Below, piece after piece: positions 57,399 through 64,000 of a stretch of DNA of 64,000 nucleotides (position 1 is the stretch's first letter; each line of letters opens with the position of its first letter). The stretch is taken from positions 18,816-82,815 of the IMG/VR virus record IMGVR_UViG_3300031344_000005, one strand, 5' to 3'. The notes beneath the pieces are model-generated. The model ran no database searches. It had not been told where the DNA came from and saw only the letters and a program-made list of their open reading frames with translations. Source of the DNA: a virus. Made by a program: the position numbers and the translations under genes.

Positions 57399-58327
57399 AC
57401 GCGCCTTTCCCATTCTTTGGCGGTAAGCGCGAGATTACCGACATCATCTGGGCGCGCCTGGGTTCGCCGAGGCAGTACATCGAGCCGTTCTGTGGTTCGG
57501 CGGCTGTCCTGTTGGCAGCTCCCTCGCCCGCCTCGCTCGAAGTCGTCAACGACCTGAATGGATTCATCGCGAATTTCTGGCGCGCAGTGAAACACCAACC
57601 GGGTGCCGTCGCCGCCGAAGCTGACTATCCCGTCTCGCACATTGACCTGGGCGCCCGCCATGTGTGGCTGATGCAACAGCGTGATCGTATCGGCGCTGAG
57701 ATGCAGGACCCGCACTGGCCCGGCGACCCGCAGGTGGCCGGCTGGTGGCTGTGGGGACAGTGCTCATGGATTGGATCTGGCTGGTGCGAATGGGATCGCC
57801 AAATCCCGCACGTGAGCAACGCGGGGATGGGCGTGCAGGCGCTGGGCAAAATCCCGCACGTGAGCAACGCGGGGAGGGGTGTACAGGCGCTGGGCCAAGT
57901 TCCACACGTGAGCGACGCGGGGATGGGACTCCTCACGAGCGCCGGCCGTGTCGCCTGGAAGTGGCTGCATGAGCTGGCGGAGCGCCTCGAACGCGTGCGG
58001 GTCGTGCATGGCGAGTGGTCGCGCTGTCTCAATAACCACTACGGCGACACAGACACCGCCGTCTTCCTGGACCCGCCCTACCGAGAGTATGGTGCCCTGT
58101 ACGGCGCCGAAGCCGTGGCTGACGAAGTGGCGGCATGGGCGCGTGAACACGCAGACCTGCGCGTCTGCCTGTGCGGTCACGTCGGAGACTACGAGATGGG
58201 CGACGGGTGGGTGGTCGTACCGTGGAAACGCCCGCGGCTCACCTACTCGGGCAGCAACACGACCGACAAGGAAGCGCTGTGGTTCTCGCCACCGTGTGCG
58301 GGTGCTCGGCAGGGGCAACTATTTTGA
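57395..58327 (+). CDS. DNA adenine methyltransferase (D12/Dam-like)
   Basis: PFPFFGGK, YIEPFCGSAAV, EVVNDLN, FLDPPY; internal 16-aa tandem repeats. Confidence 0.9.
   Translation: MNAPFPFFGGKREITDIIWARLGSPRQYIEPFCGSAAVLLAAPSPASLEVVNDLNGFIANFWRAVKHQPGAVAAEADYPVSHIDLGARHVWLMQQRDRIGAEMQDPHWPGDPQVAGWWLWGQCSWIGSGWCEWDRQIPHVSNAGMGVQALGKIPHVSNAGRGVQALGQVPHVSDAGMGLLTSAGRVAWKWLHELAERLERVRVVHGEWSRCLNNHYGDTDTAVFLDPPYREYGALYGAEAVADEVAAWAREHADLRVCLCGHVGDYEMGDGWVVVPWKRPRLTYSGSNTTDKEALWFSPPCAGARQGQLF
57800..57929 (+). repeat. About 2.7 x 48-bp tandem repeat within the methyltransferase
   Basis: IPHVSNAGMGVQALGK / IPHVSNAGRGVQALGQ / VPHVSDAGMG. Confidence 0.85.
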
Positions 58328-58374
58328 TCCGAAGTAGCCCCACGCCGCCCGCGCGCGATGAGCGACGAAGGAGA

Positions 58375-58538
58375 TTGACAGCGCGCAGAGAATGCGCAAT
58401 GGTATTTGGACCACCCATGAACGAACATGATCGCGCCTTGAAATCCCTCGCCGTTCCCGCTACGTCGTTCATGGGTGGTACCTGGACCGACGCGGTTGAA
58501 GCGGCGATGGGTTTGAGGGCGCGAGAGAGGAGAGACCA
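58375..58538 (+). promoter_or_regulatory. Promoter plus structured leader, copy 1
   Basis: TTGACA-N17-AATGGT; 15-bp perfect stem 58410-58424/58465-58479; alternative stem 58431-58460/58494-58524. Confidence 0.65.
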
Positions 58539-58542
58539 ATGA
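58417..58542 (+). CDS. Putative leader peptide 1 (41 aa)
   Basis: MNEHDRALKSLAVPATSFMGGTWTDAVEAAMGLRARERRDQ; ATGA overlap with the next gene; similar to 59313-59429. Confidence 0.5.
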   Translation: MNEHDRALKSLAVPATSFMGGTWTDAVEAAMGLRARERRDQ

Positions 58543-59096
58543 AGATGCATCGTAAATACCGTCCCGAATTGCTCGTGTCGAAGGACGCAACCAGGCCGCA
58601 GTTAGTCTGCCTGCATCTGGACACGAAGGCCAAGGTTCTCGTCGCGACGAACGGACGAGGCATGGTGACCGTTCCTGTCGATGTCGACAACAAAGATGTT
58701 GACGGTCCGGTGTTTATTGAGGCAATGGCCGAGGCTCGGAAGGTGCAAAGAGCGTCCATGAAGAAGGAGGTAACCTGGCTCCACGTGCGAGCGTTGCACA
58801 AGTTATTGGACGTCGGAAGGATGCTGTTTCGTCGCCCGACTGACCATAGGTATCCGGAGTGGGAGAACGTCAAGCCGTCATTCAAGGCCAAGGACGCCGG
58901 TACAATTACCTTTGCGCTTGACCCGGCTTTGCTTTTGAACATCGCAAATGCGATCGACCATTCGTCGAAGTTTGTTCGTGTAACAATGGCAGTATCCAAG
59001 AAGGATCCAACCGTCTCCGACGAATGCGAGCCCATGATTGTCACGACCGACGACGATGAGCCAGCGGTCGGAGTTATGATGCAGGTTAGGTGGTGA
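58539..59096 (+). CDS. DNA polymerase III beta-clamp-like protein (partial-domain phage type)
   Basis: SKDATRPQL..LHLD, LVATNGR, YPEWENV.P, FALDPALL, GVMMQVR. Confidence 0.7.
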   Translation: MKMHRKYRPELLVSKDATRPQLVCLHLDTKAKVLVATNGRGMVTVPVDVDNKDVDGPVFIEAMAEARKVQRASMKKEVTWLHVRALHKLLDVGRMLFRRPTDHRYPEWENVKPSFKAKDAGTITFALDPALLLNIANAIDHSSKFVRVTMAVSKKDPTVSDECEPMIVTTDDDEPAVGVMMQVRW

Positions 59097-59296
59097 ACAC
59101 CTCGATCGAGTCGCTGGCATGGTGGAAGGTGCACATGGCGGCCCAGCGCAAGGCCACGGCTGCCGGTGCGTGCTGGTCGTGCGCGGCCGAGATGGGGTGC
59201 AGGGCCACGGACAGTCCAGGAGAGCAGCGCGGGGTCGAGCTGCACCCGGAGTGCGCACGGAAGATTGGCTTGACTTTTCCAGCGGAGTCGGCGTAG
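59093..59296 (+). CDS. Small Zn-binding hypothetical protein
   Basis: GTGA-coupled; CWSC...HPEC. Confidence 0.55.
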   Translation: MNTSIESLAWWKVHMAAQRKATAAGACWSCAAEMGCRATDSPGEQRGVELHPECARKIGLTFPAESA

Positions 59297-59431
59297 AGTA
59301 GCGACGCTAGCCATGATGAACCATTTTCGTACTCTGAAGAGTGCCGCCGTTCCCGCCACGTCCATCATGGCTAGCACCTGGTCGGATGCGGTTGCAGCGA
59401 CGGCACCCTTGAGGGTACGAGGAGTCTGACC
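59270..59431 (+). promoter_or_regulatory. Promoter plus structured leader, copy 2
   Basis: TTGACT-N18-TAGAGT; 13-bp perfect stem 59306-59318/59363-59375; alternative stem 59327-59346/59401-59420. Confidence 0.65.
59313..59429 (+). CDS. Putative leader peptide 2 (38 aa)
   Basis: MMNHFRTLKSAAVPATSIMASTWSDAVAATAPLRVRGV; stops 2 nt before the initiator TTG. Confidence 0.5.
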   Translation: MMNHFRTLKSAAVPATSIMASTWSDAVAATAPLRVRGV

Positions 59432-60430
59432 TTGTCCTGGGTGAAGCTCGATGACGGTTTTTTCTCTAACCGCAAGGTTCGTAGCGTGAGCGCAACGGCA
59501 GCGCTTTTTGATATCGCTTCCTTTTGCTTCTGTGCCCAGTCGGAAAACGACGGGCATGTCCTAACCGGAGACGTCCAGATGATCGCCGCAATGGTCCGAG
59601 TTAGGTCACCGGCGAAATACGTCAAGGAGTTGGTGCAGGTAGGTCTATGGGATGTTGAGCCAGGCGGTTACAACGTCCACGATTTCCTTGAATACAATCC
59701 AAGCCACGCTGAGCTAATCGAGAAGAGGAGAGTGGCCAACGAACGATCCGAAATGCGAGCTGACGCATCCCTGATGGGACGCATAAGAGCAAGGGACAAT
59801 TCTGCGTGTAGGTACTGTGGGAGGCAGGTCAACTGGAAAGATAGACGCGGAGAACTCGGTGGGACCTACGATCACGTGATTCCGATGTCGAAGGGAGGTC
59901 CGAGTACCTACGGAAACGTCGTCGTCGCGTGTAGGGCCTGCAACTCAAAGAAGCGTGACAAGACGCTAGAAGAAGCTGGAATGGTGTTGCAGGACATTGG
60001 TAACTTACCAGTAAATATACCGATAACTATTCAGTCATCCCCTCCCGTCCCCTCCGGATCCCCCCTGTCTTTCAGTGCTTCCGGATCCGGAGCGCGCGTA
60101 GCAACTGGCGGGCCAATCAAGCCAGACACGGCCTACAGCTTGGTCTGGGCAATCAAGACGGCGGTTGAGGCGGCGCAGCCCAAGAACGGCATGTGGGCGC
60201 CCGATACGTTCGCCCAGGAGAACGCCTCGCGCCTGCTGGTGGGGCTGGGGGATGCGGCGAAGGCCATGCCAGAGCTTGAGCGCAAGATCGGGCTGTTCGC
60301 CGCGGACCCTGAGATGCAGCCATGGACGGTCAAGAAGTTCTGCGACCAGTACAACGGCATCGGGCACGATAAGCCAGGGCGGGCGGCCCAGCCGCGGGCC
60401 GTGCACCATCCGCGCTTAGGGGGCCGCTGA
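59432..60430 (+). CDS. Replication initiator/replisome organiser with internal HNH domain
   Basis: MSWVKLDDGFFSNRKV..VHDFLEYNPS N-terminus; RD..CRYCG..DHVIP.SKGG..N.VVAC..CN..K; upstream of DnaB. Confidence 0.8.
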   Translation: MSWVKLDDGFFSNRKVRSVSATAALFDIASFCFCAQSENDGHVLTGDVQMIAAMVRVRSPAKYVKELVQVGLWDVEPGGYNVHDFLEYNPSHAELIEKRRVANERSEMRADASLMGRIRARDNSACRYCGRQVNWKDRRGELGGTYDHVIPMSKGGPSTYGNVVVACRACNSKKRDKTLEEAGMVLQDIGNLPVNIPITIQSSPPVPSGSPLSFSASGSGARVATGGPIKPDTAYSLVWAIKTAVEAAQPKNGMWAPDTFAQENASRLLVGLGDAAKAMPELERKIGLFAADPEMQPWTVKKFCDQYNGIGHDKPGRAAQPRAVHHPRLGGR

Positions 60431-61917
60431 TGGAACTCGACGGCCTTTCCCGTGTCCCCCCGCACGACTTAGTGGCTGAGGCCAGTGTGCTTGGCTGCGT
60501 TCTGTTGGGGGCCGACAGGGCCCTCGCGCTGGTGTCTGACCTGCGCGCCGATGACTTCTTCCTTCCGGAGCACCGTGAGGCGTGGGCAGGCATCGGCGCC
60601 CTGGTCGAGCGCGGCGTGCCGGTGGACATCGTGAGCCTGGGCGATGAGATCAAGGCACGGGGAGTGGCGGGGCGTTTCGAGGGTGGTTGGCAGACCTGGG
60701 CGGTTGCGACGGCCGGCGGGGTGTCGACTTGGCAGAATGTAGGTCACCATGCAACGATCGTGCGTGAGAAGGCAACATTGCGGAAGCTCTTAACCATCTG
60801 CACGGAAGTGGTTTGCCGCTGCTACCAGAGCGAGTCGGCGGACGAGGTGCTGGGACAGGCTCGGGAGGGAGTAGCGGCGCTAGAAGTCGACGGACATGAG
60901 GGCGGCCCAGTCAAGATCGGGACGGCCCTGAGCGGCGTCATTGAGGTCATCCAATCGCGAGCCGCCGGCAAGGTAAGCGAGCATATGGTGCTGACGGGGA
61001 TCGAAACGCTTGACTATGAGATCGGCGGCATGGCACCCGAGGAGGTTGTGGTGGTAGCCGGTAGACCTGGACAAGGTAAGACCGCTTTTGCTGACTGCGT
61101 GGCGACCTACAACGGCCTCGCCGACGTTCCGTGTCTGTTTTTCTCGTTGGAGATGTCGCTCCAGCAGCTCATCGAGCGCGTGCTGTCCTTGCGGAGTGAT
61201 ATACCCGCCAGCCACCTCCGCTCGGGCCGTGGCGAAGGCTACAAGCGGTTGGACAAGGCCGCATTTACGAAGCTGACCGCCGCATCCGAGGAGTTGTACA
61301 ACGTGCCGCTGTGGATCGAGCCGCGGGCGCTACCACTTGGGCGCATCGTGGGAGAGTCGCGCCGATGGCACGCCCGCCACGTGCGCGGCAAGGGTAAGAC
61401 GCTCGGGCTCATCGCCGTGGACTACCTGCAACTGGTGGCCGTAGAAACCAAAAACCGCGATCGTAGTCGGGAAGAACAGGTGGCGAGGATTTCCAAGACC
61501 CTGAAGATGCTGGCCAAGGAGCTGCAGGTGCCACTGATGGAACTGTCGCAGCTCAACCGCGCGATCGAAAGACGCGGCGGCGAGCCGGTCATGTCGGACA
61601 TCCGCGAGTCAGGCGCCATTGAACAGGATGCCAGCATCATCCTGTGTCCATGGAGGGGTGAGGCGGCCGACGATCCAGACAAGAAGAACGAAGACGGCGA
61701 CGCGGACATCATCATCCTAAAAAACCGTGGCGGTCAGACAGGTAAAGCACCGGCTCACTGGCTTTCAAAGACGATGGAGTATCGGCACGATTGGGGGCGC
61801 ACGGCGCATGGAAGGCCGGCGGACTTCGGTGGAGAGCGCTCGCTAATTGACGACTACCAGATCAAGCAGCCACTTGATCCCCACGCCTCCCCGCCATCCT
61901 GGCACGACAAGGACTGA
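60430..61917 (+). CDS. dnaB: Replicative DNA helicase DnaB
   Basis: PPHD..AEASVLG, AGRPGQGKT, FSLEM, VDYLQL, SQLNR, DIRESGAIEQDA, KNRGG. Confidence 0.96.
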   Translation: MELDGLSRVPPHDLVAEASVLGCVLLGADRALALVSDLRADDFFLPEHREAWAGIGALVERGVPVDIVSLGDEIKARGVAGRFEGGWQTWAVATAGGVSTWQNVGHHATIVREKATLRKLLTICTEVVCRCYQSESADEVLGQAREGVAALEVDGHEGGPVKIGTALSGVIEVIQSRAAGKVSEHMVLTGIETLDYEIGGMAPEEVVVVAGRPGQGKTAFADCVATYNGLADVPCLFFSLEMSLQQLIERVLSLRSDIPASHLRSGRGEGYKRLDKAAFTKLTAASEELYNVPLWIEPRALPLGRIVGESRRWHARHVRGKGKTLGLIAVDYLQLVAVETKNRDRSREEQVARISKTLKMLAKELQVPLMELSQLNRAIERRGGEPVMSDIRESGAIEQDASIILCPWRGEAADDPDKKNEDGDADIIILKNRGGQTGKAPAHWLSKTMEYRHDWGRTAHGRPADFGGERSLIDDYQIKQPLDPHASPPSWHDKD

Positions 61918-61947
61918 CGAAACCAACAACGAACGAAAGGAGACCCA

Positions 61948-62397
61948 ATGGCCAAGGACAGCAAGAAAAAGAACGACCAAGTCAAGGTTACAATCACGAG
62001 CATGCGGCTCCCCGTGAAGCTCAACGACGACGAACTGCTGGCGCGCGGGCGGCAGCTCGTAGAGAACATGCGCAAGACGGCGACGGCCGAAGAAGCGCGC
62101 GAGGTGGAGAACAAGAAGCGCAAGAGTGAAATCGAGTTGCTCGAAGAAGTCACGGCGAAGCTGTCTGGCAGCATTTCCAGCGGCAGCGAAGAGCGCGAAG
62201 TCGAGTGCGAGATGCGCAAGGACTACGTCCATGGCAACGTCACCACGGTCAGAAGCGACACGGGAGAAGTGGTCGACGAGCGCATCATGTCGGCAGACGA
62301 GCGGCAGGAGGTCATGCCATTCATTCCGCCGCGTGAACCAGCCAAGGGCAAAGGCGGCGATCCATTCAAGGAAAGCGACCCAGTCGACGAGAGCTAG
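61948..62397 (+). CDS. Hypothetical charged protein
   Basis: AAAGGAG RBS; LPVKL.DDEL..VRSDTGEVVDERIM..ERQ. Confidence 0.75.
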   Translation: MAKDSKKKNDQVKVTITSMRLPVKLNDDELLARGRQLVENMRKTATAEEAREVENKKRKSEIELLEEVTAKLSGSISSGSEEREVECEMRKDYVHGNVTTVRSDTGEVVDERIMSADERQEVMPFIPPREPAKGKGGDPFKESDPVDES

Positions 62398-62400
62398 ACC

Positions 62401-63126
62401 GTGCAGATCCTATCAGGCAAAACCTTGGAGCAACTCAGACCGGACGGCCTAACCCACTGGGTGCGCGTGCAGGATACGCGGCACCCGTGGGCAAGGCCCG
62501 AGACGCTCGACGAGCTACGCGGATGGATTCGCGAGGCCGAGAACGGGGACAAGCTGGCGGAAGCGGGCGAGAAGGTCATGCCGTTGTTGCTCTCGGGGGA
62601 AACCCGGTGTGGGAAGACGTCGACGCTCTGCTGGCTCGCGCATAGTTACTTCGAGGTAGAAACCTACCGGGCTTCGATTGGCTCGATGATTGACAGCCTA
62701 ATGGGGAAGACGGTCAAGAACTTCGGCGAGGCGCTTACGGAAGCCTGCAACGGGCCGCCGGGGCTCTACCTGATGGACGAGGTCGACGGTATCTTTCAGC
62801 AGCGGGTACAGGAAAGGGCCGGAGGGGGAGCGGTACAGGAATTGAACTCGGCCATCGCGGCGGCTCTGTCGATGATCGAGAATCTTCCCCAGCATCTGAT
62901 GTTGGCGGCGACGAGCAACGAGCCCGGCATTCTTGACCGCGCGATGCTAGCCAGGTTCACCCACGTGCGGTTCCCGAGCTGGGAGGAACTGGAGCGCGAA
63001 GAGCGCAGGGAATTCGCTTGCTCGCACAGGTACGAGCCCGGGGCGGCGCGGGCCTCCTATGCCGAGTGCGTGCAAGAGGCAAGGCGCGAACGGATACGCA
63101 GGATTCTGGGGGACGAGCGCGACTGA
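62401..63126 (+). CDS. AAA+ ATPase
   Basis: Walker A SGETRCGKT, Walker B YLMDEVD, AATSNEP.ILDRAMLARF. Confidence 0.85.
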   Translation: MQILSGKTLEQLRPDGLTHWVRVQDTRHPWARPETLDELRGWIREAENGDKLAEAGEKVMPLLLSGETRCGKTSTLCWLAHSYFEVETYRASIGSMIDSLMGKTVKNFGEALTEACNGPPGLYLMDEVDGIFQQRVQERAGGGAVQELNSAIAAALSMIENLPQHLMLAATSNEPGILDRAMLARFTHVRFPSWEELEREERREFACSHRYEPGAARASYAECVQEARRERIRRILGDERD

Positions 63127-63139
63127 GAAAGGACCAACG

Positions 63140-63427
63140 ATGCCAGATTTCAAGCAGCTACTTCGCGACCGCTACCCGAAGCAGAGCTATGCCCTGCGGT
63201 GGCGATGGTAAGGCCAATCTGTGAACCCGCGCTACTTCCGCAACAGCCCGCAATTCACCGACTTCGCCGACGTCGAGCAGTACGCCGATGCGCTGGCCGC
63301 AATCGCGGTACGGGGCTACACAGGCCCAGACGGCACCCTTAGAGCCTGCTGCGAAATTCCGAGCGAGGCGGCGGAACGGGAACGCATAAATATACTTGAC
63401 AAGCCTAAACAACGGGCGCAAGGATAG
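63140..63427 (+). pseudogene. Hypothetical gene with in-frame TAA at 63209-63211
   Basis: GAAAGGA RBS then MPDFKQLLRDRYPKQSYALRWRW*GQSVNPRYFRN..., continuing in the same frame to 63427. Confidence 0.5.
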
Positions 63428-63444
63428 ACGCAGGAGGATCGAAC

Positions 63445-64000
63445 ATGTGCAAGACGTTCTCGTTCTACGCCGCAAAAACCGGCGATTTCTATTCGCTGAC
63501 CGACCACACAGACGCGCATTCGATGATCGCTACCGTGTTTGGTCTGCGCGACAATGACGTGAGCTACTACGCCGAGAATTTGGCGAAGGGTGAATTTACC
63601 CCACCCGAAGACACGAAGTTGTGGTCAGACCTGAGCAAGTGGACGTTGACCGTCGACGAGAAAGAAACCCCGGTATGGTTAGATCAAGAGAAGGCTCGGG
63701 CGTACATGGAGCGGCTGATTCGCCCTATGTTCGTGACGAATGAGCGGCAATGGCTCGTCGGTGGATGTTGGATTTTCGACGGCGAGAAGGCGACGGCCAA
63801 AGGAGTTCTGAACGGTCGGATCGTTGGAGTGATCAACGGGGCGTACTTGGCCGGGGCGAACTTGGACGGGGCGAACTTGGCCGGGGCGTACTTGGCCGGG
63901 GCGAACTTGGACAGGGCGTACTTGGCCGGGGCGAACTTGGCCAGGGCGTACTTGGCCAGGGCGAACTTGGCCAGGGCGTACTTGGCCGGGGCGAACTTGG
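63445..64000 (+). CDS. Pentapeptide-repeat protein (3' truncated)
   Basis: AGGAGG RBS; MCKTFSFY...; from ~63838, 15-bp repeats encoding A(Y/N)L(A/D)(G/R). Confidence 0.85.
   Translation, partial: MCKTFSFYAAKTGDFYSLTDHTDAHSMIATVFGLRDNDVSYYAENLAKGEFTPPEDTKLWSDLSKWTLTVDEKETPVWLDQEKARAYMERLIRPMFVTNERQWLVGGCWIFDGEKATAKGVLNGRIVGVINGAYLAGANLDGANLAGAYLAGANLDRAYLAGANLARAYLARANLARAYLAGANL

Overview
The whole window is a GC-rich, densely coded tailed-phage (myovirus-like) genome segment. No host housekeeping genes, tRNAs, CRISPR array, integrase, terminase or portal are visible. Order: a short leftward operon (partial glycosyltransferase, HNH, FkbM methyltransferase, HTH; 1-1986); head genes (scaffold, major capsid; 2080-6687); neck and contractile tail (sheath, tube, frameshifted chaperone, tape measure, baseplate; 7237-25437), with a collagen fibre plus glycosyltransferase inserted in the baseplate operon; several fibre/receptor-binding genes (25455-37800); a large membrane/lipoprotein/lysis block with amidase and RusA (37797-44538); a leftward block with an N6/N4 methyltransferase (45332-48777); and rightward early, recombination and replication genes (SMC-like ATPase, YqaJ exonuclease, annealing protein, Dam-like methylase, beta-clamp-like, initiator, DnaB, AAA+; 48818-64000). 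The most striking non-coding signals are: (i) a ~520-nt densely structured RNA candidate directly after the major capsid gene, with four cUUCGg tetraloops and several loop-loop/pseudoknot pairings; (ii) two diverged copies of a promoter-proximal leader (short ORF plus covarying alternative helices) ahead of the beta-clamp-like and initiator genes; (iii) a second stem-rich ~500-nt intergenic region after rusA. Protein calls come from motif recognition and gene order by eye, not database searches. The host (possibly Myxococcota or another sigma-54-using diderm) is an inference.
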